From Selaginella moellendorffii (taxonomy: Eukaryota > Plantae > Lycopodiophyta), in the NCBI RefSeq assembly GCF_000143415.4, contig NW_003314261.1:1936117-2000116 (forward strand): a stretch of 64,000 bases of DNA, written 5' to 3'. The notes under the pieces were generated by a model, which was not told the origin of the DNA, did not search any database, and saw only the letters and a program-made list of their open reading frames with translations. Positions 24,395-35,266 of the stretch are shown in pieces; position 1 is the first letter of the stretch, and the number at the start of each line of letters is the position of its first letter. The position numbers and the translations under genes were made by a program.

Positions 24395-24817
24395 TGGAGA
24401 AAGAGGAAAAATCAAGCTCGGAAGTTTAAGCTTAAGAACACAAACTTGAGAGGTTCAAGGTTAGGATTGTATTCTTAACTTTGACGTGAGCAGTAGCGAC
24501 TATAAAAGTAGGACTTAGAATGTTTTTAAACTTATCCCTAATACAAAATACATTGCAATACATTGTCATTCTGCCTATCTCTTTGGCTCTTCACAGCAAT
24601 GTCTTATTTACCCACTGCCTTCAAGGGATCAAAGGCATGGGACTAACACTTTCAAGCACATGTTCACAGTCTCTACTTGGTTTGGCATAGGTAGGTAAGT
24701 GCATTCTTCTTGTAGTGTAGTTTTAGATTTAGGGACTAGAATAGATTTGAAACTCCTAGGAAGATCTCGTGTGGACATTTTCCTCCTAGTTTAGAGAGAT
24801 TCTAGGAGTTTTTTTCA
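24395..24817 (+). repeat. 3' LTR of the 3317-24817 element
   Basis: Matches 3317-3741 and is followed by TSD CACGT. Confidence 0.93.
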
Positions 24818-25554
24818 CACGTGCATGAAGCTTGTCCTCATCACTAAGCTACATCGCTGCTGCGTATTGAAGTGAAAGTGAGAGTGATGGCACTTGGATC
24901 TCCACTGGAAGCACGGCCTCTGTCCCATAGACAAGGGAGAATGGGGTCGCGGAGATGGATGTCTTGAAGGATGTCCGGAAGGCCCACAATGCCGTAACCA
25001 ATTGCTCATGCCAATGCCTTGGGTGATCCTCCACAAGCTTTGAGATGACTATCTTCAATATCTTGTTGCTGGACTCGGCCTAGCCATTACGCTCAGGATA
25101 ATAGCTGTTGCTCTTCACGTGCTTAACCTGCAGCTACTGGAGAAGATGCATCACACACTTCCGCCGCATGTGAAAAGTTGGCTAGAACTCTTGGATGGTC
25201 ACAATCCAAGATAAAGTATGAGGACTGTGAACCGATCGCTGTAAAACAAAGGTCAGCATAGTAAAACAAACATGGGAATGGATACATGCTCCAGCAAGAA
25301 AGTGACGAAATCCCTCCAAGGTATAGACAATAGCCACTGCTTCTTTTTCCGCATCCACGTACTTCTTTTTAGTCTCCTTGAACGAATGTGAGGCATAATA
25401 TGTTGCATGTGGTGGCTTCCCAGGCTATGAATGTTGGAAAAGACGTAGTCCAAAAGCCTCTATGCCCGTCGTGATGTAAATTTTGAAAGGAAGTTGTCGT
25501 TCTGGTGGTTGGAATACCAAGGGCTCCATGGTAGGAAATTCTGAACTCAAAAAG

Positions 25555-27395
25555 CTATAAGAGCTCTGCCATGGTTGTTGAGAAAGGTGGCGCTATGGGT
25601 TCCATCGCTAATCTCCATCTTGCTTTATGCACTGTCAATGGTGCAATGGGCTGTGAATTGCCATGAGCAGCTAAGGATGATAGAGTCCTTGAAAGAGGAC
25701 GTTCCAAGATGTTGGTATTCAACCACGAGGAAATCCACCTGAGAAATAACACCCTACACAGAGACCTTGACACCACAGCAAATGCCCACTAGAGGAACAG
25801 TGTGGTTGGCGAAGGTTTTGAGCATGATGGAGGAGGTCTCAGTGATCTGTAGCTGTGCCAAAAGGGCAACTTTAAGAGAGATAATGTTGCTTCCAAAACC
25901 GGAGTCAACCAAAGCATCCATCTTACAAGAGGAAGTACCAATCTGCACCAGGACGAAGAATGAACTAGGATCTCCACCGTATCTTATCATGTCGACAATG
26001 TGCACATCTTAAGGAGTCCTCTTGAGAGTGCTCTCTGGTGTTCCTGACTATGCAAACTCCTCTAAACGCTGGCTGAATCTTGGGACAAGACACAACTTGT
26101 CTCGAAGCGAAAAGGTGATGGGAGTGTCAACCAATTGTTGAAGAACCGGCTCTAGAATAGGAATAGCTATTGGTGAGATCTTAGGAGAAGAGAGTAGTGA
26201 CTTGAAGGGGAGCTTACAAGCCACCCTCTGTGTCACTGGATTTGGTGCTAACAGAGATTCACTCTCAACCAACACTGGGGGATCGATGCCAGGTTGAGCG
26301 GTTGCCTTCTTCTTTGCTTGGGCTCGAGTGGCTGCGGTTTGCTGCTATTGCCTATAGAGTTCCTCAACTACCAAAATTGTGTTGATCAATGAGGCTGGTG
26401 CCTTGCTTTTGCTTGACGAAGGGGCTACCTCAATTGCTTGTGGCTCCAATTGCTCTTGATATGTCTCTATACCGCAAGACAATGTGAAATTATCAGTGAA
26501 GGGACGTTGTTGGACACGTTGAGAAGGTGGAGGCCGAAGCTCAGGGTGAAGCTTGAAGCAGCGCTGCAGGTTGTGTGTGTTTGTCTTGCAGTGAGTGCAC
26601 CAATGGGACTTAAATCTGCGTTCCCGAGCTGTAGTGGCCTCTTTTCTGGACTCCACCAGCTCCTGGAGTAGTTTGTCATGGTGTGATTGCTGCTGAAGAA
26701 TGATCTCCTTCAGCTGCCGCATCTCGTTGGCAAAGTTCTCAATAGCCGGAGGTGTATGCTCAATAGCGATGGGCTTTGGTATGGACGGGTGAAGAGTTAC
26801 ACAAGGTGACTCTGATGGGGTGATGGCTTGGTCAAAATCAACTCTAGCAATCCTTAGGTCGACAAGGAGCTCTCTTTCCAACTTCGTGGCAAATGAAAAT
26901 GCCTCGCAACAAGACGTGAATGTCTTCTTAAGAAGTTTCCCCTGCAAATTCCCATGCAGACCTACTGTGAATGCCGTGATCCCCATCTTGGACCACTCTG
27001 CAATCCCAACACTACTTCCAGTATGCTCAAAACCGAGTGATATAGTCAGCAACAGACTCGTGAGCACCCTGCCAGAACGAAAAGAGGTCGACAAGTAGTC
27101 GATTTGTGGGTTTTTCTTCAATGAAACGTTCTCTAAAAGAAGCAAGTAGTGTCTTGAAGTCTGTCTGGTCCTTTGTGAGGAGAGAATTTGCCCAAGTTGC
27201 TGCTTTGCCTTCAAGAGACTGCAAAAAGTTGCGACACATACAATCATCATTGACGATCATGTTTGTGGTGCAATAATAATCAAAGCGACTGATATGCGAT
27301 GTTGGAGAGACTGCTCCAACACCTGAGAAGGTCGGTAGATCACTCCCCTTCTGTAGAACATGGAGCTGAGGTTGAGTTAAAGGTGGCTGCACCAT
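25555..27395 (-). pseudogene. gag: gag-protease of element A
   Basis: FLQSLEGKAATW (gag), CTHCKTNTHNLQRC (knuckle), ALVDSGFGSNII (protease). Confidence 0.85.
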
Positions 27396-28874
27396 AGCTC
27401 ATAAATCAAAGTCATTGAAATTTGCCGAGGATGAAGAGGACTCGGCCCGAGAAGGTGTTATGTCATACCTAAATTGCCTTTGGATGTTAGAAAGTTTACT
27501 CCATACCTAGGGCCTTGAGGTATGGTAAAAGGGTACCAATTTGTCGCATGTCTAGTTTGTACTGGCATCAAATACCCTAAACACTGCAAATGCCCGGTGA
27601 AGGCAACTGAGTTGATAGGAGCAAAGAGACTATAGGGTAATGCTCAAGTTGCTCAAAGTTTCCCAAAATGCCTGTGATGAAGAGAAATAAGGGTGAAAAT
27701 GGAAGGAGATGTTGGGCTCGAGAACATATAACCGTTGGCCCATAGAGTAAGCGCTGACCTCTTAGCATAGCTGGTAACCAGTAACTAGTAACTAGTAACC
27801 AGTAACTAGGAACTTGTAACCTATAACTGGTAACCACTTGCTCTCACTCCTACTCCTATGCCTACTCCAACACCAACTCCTACCCCTGCGCCAACTCCTG
27901 TTCCAGCTCCTGTTCCTGTTCTTACACCTACTCCTGCTCCCTAAAGATTGCTTCGTTCCCAAGAAACTCCTAATAAAGTTTAGCCCGAAAGAGAAAAATG
28001 AGTCCTCTGGTCTCGATCCTTCCCCATTTTGATGAAGGTGAAGGAAACCCATTTGCCTCTTTAGGAGACTTTGGTCTCGATCCTTCCCCATTTTGACTGT
28101 TGGTGAGCTTGTTGGAAAGGGCTCAGCCCCATCTACCCTCTATCACAAGAATTTGTGAAGAAGCTACCTCAATATTCCCCAAAATCCAAGAAGAGGTAGC
28201 CCAAAACACTAATATTGTGGAAAAAAATGTGCATGTCACTAATGTAGATCAATACTAAGGCACCGTTGGTGCTTTTGGAAAGCCTAGGACCAGGAGCACC
28301 TCCAGAGAAAAGCGGCATCCAAAACAAAGCCCGAAGAGGCACGAATTCCTACTACGAAGATGACCCAATCTAGCCAGAGAAGAAAATCCTTTTGCATGCC
28401 ATCAATTCACCCAAATTTAGCACCAAAAATCACCACTACTTGTAGATTTAGGCTAGATCTACAAGCCTAAATGCACTACTTTGAGAAATTAGGCCCCATA
28501 TCTAGGTGAAGAAGTGAAAACCCCAAAATGTTCATCCAACCGAGACAAGAAACATTGTATTTCTTCAAATACTATACGGCTTGATGAGCGCTATACCTTG
28601 CTAGAAAGAGGACTATCCAACACGCCCAAGATCAAACAAAACCACCACCAGAAGAACAAGAAATTCCTTCCCAAATTCTGTGGCCAAAAGAAAAAGAGAG
28701 AAATGATGCCTCAAAAAGTGCTGCACATCACGCCGGGTTCACCATTTGTTGGGGGAAGGAGGGGTGCCTCCCCCAACGCTCGCTCAAACACAAGAAATGC
28801 TTCAATGCTCTTCACAAAAATGCCTCGTCCTTGCCCTTGTGATTGAGTTTGACCTTTAGATTGAGATTTCTACA

Positions 28875-29170
28875 GTGACAACTCTGCCATCCACATTGCC
28901 AGCTCTGCAACCAAATGGCTCCAATGCACATCCACCCCCATTTGTACCACCACTGCCATTGCTGCCACCACTACCATTATCACCACCACCACCTTCACTG
29001 CCATTGCCACCACTACCTTCATCACCACCATTACCACCACCGCCGCTATCATTGCTATTACCACCACCACCACCACTCTCATCACCACCACCAGCACCAT
29101 TGCAAACATTGTCATCATTGCTATTGCTGCCACTATTGCTGCCACCACCACCTCAAATGCCACTACTCTT
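28875..29170 (+). repeat. Degenerate (CCA/CCR)n low-complexity tract
   Basis: Imperfect trinucleotide runs that give Pro-rich, His/Cys-rich and Val-rich translations in different frames. Confidence 0.75.
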
Positions 29171-30548
29171 AACATATTCACAAAATATGGCAAAAATTAG
29201 CTACATTACAAAGTAGTGCACAATAGTGTCTAAGAGGTAATGGTGCTATTGGAGGTGTAGTTGAAGTTGAAAAAGAAGTGGAACTACCTGAACATGTCGT
29301 GGACAAGCGCTTCTAAAAGACAATATTAGGGCGTGGCCACTGAGAGAGTGAGAGAGAGAGAGAGGGAATATTCTAGTCCTCAGAATATTCCCCATCTTCC
29401 TTGTATAAAACCCTTGCCTCACAAGGGCAAGGGGGGGCATTTTTGTGAAGAGCATTGAAGCATTTCTTGTGTTTGAGCAAGTGTTGGGGGAGGCGCCCCT
29501 CCTTCCCCCAACAAATGGTGAACCCAGCGTGATGTGCAGCACTTTCTGAGGCATCATTTCTCTCTTTTTCTTTTGGCCGGAGAATTTGGGAAGGAATTTC
29601 TTGTTCGTCTGGTGGTGGTTTTGTTTGATCTTGGGCGTGTTGGGTAGATCTGGAGCTCCTCTTTTTAGCAAGGTATAGCGCTCATCAAGCCGTACAGTAT
29701 TTGAAGATTCTTGTCTTGGTTAGATGAACATTTTGGGGTTTTCACTTCCTCGCCTAGATATGGGGGTTTAATTTCTCCAAGTAGTGCATTTAGGCTTGTA
29801 GATATAACCTAGATCTACAAGTAGTGGTGATTTTTCGTGCTAGATTTGGGCAAATTGATGGCATGCAAAAGGATTTTTTTCTCTGGCTAGATTGGGTCAT
29901 CTTCGTAGTAGGAATTCGTGCCTCTTCAGGCTTTGTTTTGGATGCCGCTTGTCTCTAGAGGTGCTCCTAGTCCTAGGATTTCCGAAAGTACCAACGGTGC
30001 CTTAGTATTGATCTACATTAGTGACATGCACATTTTTTTCCACAATATTGGTGTTTTGGGCTACCTATCAGGAATCCCCCAATTCTTGCCACATTCCTGA
30101 CTCTCACCGAATTCCTGACCTGCAGACCACATTCCTAACTCTCAAAACACTTCCCTATTCCTGACTCTCGAGACACTTCCCTATTCCTGACTCTCTGATT
30201 TCCTGTATGATTCTTGAGTCTTGAGATAGATTCCTATTGATGATGTGGCACCTCCTCGACCTCAGCTATATTTAAGCCGTCCTTGATCTAAGAGTGGTGG
30301 AGCTTCATCAACCTATAGTATATATAGGTTAGCCTTGTTCCATTTCTCCACAATCTGAATCAACACCAGTCTAAGGCCTTTTCTTTGTTTCCACTAGCTT
30401 TTCTCTTTGTGTTTTGCATTTTCTAGTCTTGATCTTGTTGGGGGTCTTGATAGTTTGATTCAGATTGTGTTTTTTTGTTTTTTGCTTTAGCTCGTTTTGA
30501 TTGTTTGACTACCTTTGCCTTTTTTCCCCTTTTTCTTTCTTCTTGTCG

Positions 30549-31490
30549 ATGGAGTCTCCAAGCCATCCTGATTTCTTTGCCGAAGTTCTTGCAAAAATCC
30601 AGTCTGAGAATACCGATCTGAAGGCGACCCTTCTTCGCATGCAGCAGGAGCTTGCTTCACTTTCGGCTCAAGGATCCAGCAAAGTTCCTGAACCGAAGGT
30701 GAGTTTCCTGGCAAAATTTTTAGGCAAGCGTTTGGAGCTTCATGGATTCCTGAACCAAATGGAGCTGATTTTCGCACTTCAACATCGGCGGTACCCCACT
30801 CCCGAGTCTCAAATCGGCGTGATTGAGACGTTGCTGGAAGGTGCAGCTTTGTCATGGTTTTCTCCTCTTCTGGAGAAGAGCATGAAAGGGGTCGTGGTTC
30901 CGAAGCTGATGGATCTTCAATTGTTCAAAGAGAAGTTCGAAGCATGTTTTGGCGAGACGGATCGGGTTCGGGCTGCTACCACAAAGATGAGACGTCTCTC
31001 TCAGGGGTCTCGTCCCGCCTCGATCTACACTACAGAGTTCCAACTCCTTGCCTTGGACACTTAGTGGGATGAGCGGGCCCTGATTGACCAATTTCATTTC
31101 GGCCTCAACAACAGTGTCAAGGATTTGTTGCTCACCATGGAGGATCCCAAGGACCTGTCGGACGCCATCAACAAAGCTGTTCGATGTGACAACTGTCTCT
31201 TTGAACGTCGTCAGGAAAGTCCCCGCGTCGCTGTTTTTCCGTCCCAGACTCAGGAATCCCAGCTTGAGTCTTCGGGGCATACTCCTGAACCTACTGCTCC
31301 GGTTCCGATGGATATTTCTGGTACTCCCCGACTCATTAGAGGGAAGTTGAGTCCTGTTGAGAAGCAACATCGAATATCTCATAATCTTTGCCTCTACTGT
31401 GCTGATCCTAATCACAAAGCAGCTGTATGTCCCAAGAAGCCTCCCCGATTGCTTGAGTTCACTCTGCCTCAAAGTCCACCTCTATTGTAG
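30549..31490 (+). pseudogene. gag: Chromovirus gag
   Basis: LLEGAALSWF, PVPMDI and CLYCADPNHKAAVC. Stop at 31062. Confidence 0.88.
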
Positions 31491-31599
31491 TCAGAAAACG
31501 ACCCTGTCCAAACAGAGTAGGAGTTGTCTGTTTGGACATCCCGAATAAAAATCACTTTTCTTCTTTATCAAGCTCCTCACCACCTTTCATCAAAGCCAC

Positions 31600-34500
31600 C
31601 ACCAATTCCCGCAACTTCTGCGTCCCATGTCTCCTTTCTTTCACCAGACAATCAGGACTCAAGGCTCTGGTGCTACTGGACTCGGGTGCAACTTCCTGCT
31701 TCATGGACACGGACTTTGCTGCATGACATCACGTTCCTCTTTCTCCTACCATACGGGATTTGAGGGTTGAAGGCATCAGCGGGCATTTTGTGTCTCCATC
31801 TTCTGGACTTAGGGAAACGTTGCCCATTCAAGTACACATTGGGTCCACCGTCACCAATATCGCCTTCAACATCATCAATAGCAAGTCCTCCTTTGTGGTG
31901 CTTGGTCTTCCTTGGTTCCAACTACATCAACCTTAGATCTGTTGGAAGGAATTATAGCTCCTCTCTCCCAAATCACCATCTCCCACGGCTTTCCCTACTG
32001 TTCATCGAGTCCGAATCAGGAATAGTTCCCTAAAATCAAATCGGGGTTCTGTTCCTGACTCTACGAAGTTTTCACCCTCTTCTTTTTCCTCTCTTCCATC
32101 TTACACTAGACAATATCCTCATCTCATCATTCCATTTAGTTGTACGCCTTCTCCTATCTCCACAATCACTATGAAAGGACTCCTTCATGAAGAACCTCTT
32201 TTCCTTTTTGCTTTGCATGTTTTTCCTGTCAGTTTTCCTGAGAAGTATCATGATTTTGGGGATGTGTTTGACAAGAAAAAAGCTAGTGTCTTGCCTATTC
32301 ATCGGCCTTATGACTGTCCCATTGATTTACAGGAAGGAGCGTCACCTCCGTGGGGGCCTATCTACGGGTTATCCCCGTCCGAGCTTCAGGCCCTCAAAGA
32401 GTACGTGGATCAGAACCTTGCCTCGGGGTACATTCAGCATTCACAATCCCCAGCTGGAGCACCTGTCTTCTTTGTCAAGAAGAAGGACGAGAGTTTGCGG
32501 CTAGTCATCGACTACCGAGGTTTGAACAAGGTGACTGTTCGGAACCGTTATCCGATGCCCCTGATCTCGGACCTGTTGGAACGCCTCGGCGGTGCCCACT
32601 TCTTCACCAAGATCGACCTCCGTGGAGCATACAACCTAATCCGGATCCGGCCTGGTGATGAATGGAAGACTGCGTTCCGAACCCGCTATGGCCACTTCGA
32701 GTACATTGTCATGCCATTTGGCTTGACAAATGCTCCAGCAGTTTTTCAACACATGGCAAAGGACATCTTTCGGGAGTTTCTTGATCAGATGGTGATCGTC
32801 TACCTCGATGACATCCTCATCTACTCAAAAACTCAGGAGGAGCACGACGAACATGTACGTAAGGTGCTAGCAAAGTTGTGAGAACACGGCCTATACGCGA
32901 AGCTTGAGAAATGTTCCTTTGATCAGCAGTCTGTGGAGTTCCTTGGGTACATTGTCACTCCTGAGGGTATCACGATGGATCCTGCCAAAGTCAAGACTAT
33001 TCTCGAATGGGAGCTTCTCCAATCAATGTCGGACGTTCAGGTTTTCCTTGGCTTCGCCAACTTCTATCGCAAATTCATTGATCACTACTTTGACATTGTC
33101 CTTCCTCTCACGCATCTCACTCGCAAGGATGTTCCCTTCTCTTGGTCTACTGCTGCCCAGCAGGCCTTTGACACACTCAAGGCGGCCTTCAGTTCTGCTC
33201 CCGTCTTGATCCACGCTGATCCCTCACAACCTTTCTTCATCGAGGCTGACGCCTCCGACTTTGCCATTGGTGCTGTGCTGTCTCAACTCGGAGCGGATCA
33301 AGAATTTCATCCAGTCGCTTTCCATTCTCGGAAATTCCAGCCGGCGGAGATCAATTATGAAATCCACGACAAGGAGCTCCTTGCTATTGTGGATTCCTTT
33401 GGAGAGTGGCGTCGTTTCTTGGAGGGGGCAGGCCATCAAACAACGGTCTGAACGGATCACAAAAATCTCGAGTACTTTGCCACTTCCCGAGTTTTGAGCC
33501 GTCGTCAAGTAAGGTGGGCACAATTCCTGAGTTGGTTTGACTTTGTTATCAAGTACAGACCTGGAAAGCTTCAAGGCCTTCCTGATGCTCTTTCAAGGCG
33601 CTCCTATCTCAGTCTCAGGCCTGGTAATCCTGCCTTCGATCAACAAGATCAAGTTATCCTCAGTCCTGATCGGCTTCAAGTTATGGCAATTTCCCTGGCC
33701 CCTTAGGACACCTCCTTGATGGATGCGATCAGAAACGATCTTCAATTTGATGATCTCGCCAATGACATTTTCCCCCATCTTCAGGCTGGACACCAAGTGA
33801 CTCCCGACTGCCAGCGATTTGAAGAGTTTGAGTTCTTAGATGGCTTATTGTACCTTGGGGAGCAGCTTTACGTTCTTGAAGGTGATGCTCGAAGGTTGGT
33901 TCTGATGGCGTGCCACGATAGCCTGACTGCTGGTCACTTCGGCATTGCGAAAACCTATGAGCTGGTTGCACGGGATTTTTTGTGGCCTCACATAGATGAC
34001 TATATCAAAGCCTTTGTTACCTTCTGTGACACTTGCGCTCGGAATAAGGTACCTCGTCACCTTCCTTCAGGTTTGTTTCGATCCCTCCTGGTCCCTTCAG
34101 GTCCTTGGAAATCCATCTCCATGGATTTCTTGAGTGATCTTCCTAGTTTTGGAGGCTTTAACAACATTTTAGTTGTGGTGCATCGCTTCACAAATATGGC
34201 GCACTTCCTGCCATGTACCAAGGAGTTTTCGGGTGAGGACATGGCAAAACTGGTATTCAGGGAAATTTTCCGACTTCATGGGATTCCTGCAGATGTGGTT
34301 TCGGATTGGGGACCTCAGTTTATCTCTCATTTTTGGCAATGGTTTTTGCAACTGCTAGGAGTGAAGGCCAACCTCTCCTTAGCATATCATCCTCAAACTG
34401 ATGGACAGTCCGAGCGAACGATTCAGACGTTGGAACAATTCTTGAGGTGCTTCATCAACTATCATCAGGATAACTGGTTCGATATCCTTCCCCTTGCTGA

Positions 34501-35266
34501 GTTCTCCTATAACAACTCTATTCACTCCTCTCTTCAAGTTTCCCCCTTCTTTGCGAACTCTGGTCGAAATCCTTGATTTAATCTCTCACTTCCTTCTCCA
34601 TCCGACTCCTCTTGTTCAAATCCCCACTCTGAGGCATTTGTCTCCAACCTCCAGGAAATCCACAACTCCATCTCCTTCCATCTCCATCGTGCTCAGGAAT
34701 CTCACAAAACATTTGCCAATATCCATCGTCAGGATTGTCCCCCTTACAATATCAGGGATAAAGTCTGGCTCCTCAGGAGAAATATCTCCACCACTAGGCC
34801 CTGTCCAAAACTCGATTTCAAATGCCTTGGTCCATTCCCTATCACTGCCATCATTAATCCTGTCACTTATCACCTTGCACTTCCTTCCTCATATCAAATT
34901 CACCCCGTTTTTCACTCCTCTCTCCTTGAGCCTTATATTCCCAGTCCTATTCCAAATCGGGTCATTCCTCCACCTCCACCAGTGCAGCTCGAGGATGGGT
35001 CTGAGTACGAGGTTCAAGACATCCTTGATTCCAAGATTTCACGGTCTAAACTCTACTATCTGGTCGATTGGAAGGGGTATGGACCTGAGGAACGCACTTG
35101 GGAACCTGCGGACAACCTGATTCATTCTCTTGACCTTGTTCAGGACTTCCACCACCGCTATCCTTCTCGTCCCAGTCCCCATTCTTTTTCTCCATCTCCC
35201 ATCCCTTGCCGCTCATCTCATCCTCCTCTTTGTTCACGTTCACATCCTCGTTCCTCTCGTTCTTGA
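31600..35266 (+). pseudogene. pol: Chromovirus pol with C-terminal chromodomain
   Basis: [54 protein letters not shown] and YEVQDILD...YLVDWKGYGPEERTWEP. Confidence 0.93.

Larger units (their letters stand above)
3317..24817 (+). mobile_element. Non-chromovirus Ty3/Gypsy LTR retrotransposon inserted in the integrase of element A
   Basis: LTRs at 3317-3741 and 24395-24817 (TG...CA). 5-bp TSD CACGT at 3312-3316 and 24818-24822. PBS tggcaaccacggtggga at 3743 (tRNA-Arg-like). Purine tract gggagag before the 3' LTR. Domain order gag-PR-RT-RH-INT. Confidence 0.95.
1435..28842 (-). mobile_element. Tat-like Ty3/Gypsy LTR retrotransposon copy A, non-autonomous deletion derivative hosting nested insertions
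   Basis: Reverse complement of element B. 3' LTR at 1435-1623 (TGT...ACA); 5' LTR at 28747-28842, truncated. PBS tggtgaacccggcgtgat on the minus strand near 28727-28744 resembles tRNA-Trp. Gag-protease at 25555-27395; integrase pieces at 24823-25150 and 3016-3311. Confidence 0.9.

Noticed and set aside
28875-29216. Extensin-like or His/Cys-rich metal-binding gene
   Set aside because: All frames are open only because of a degenerate CCA repeat. There is no signal peptide or gene context.
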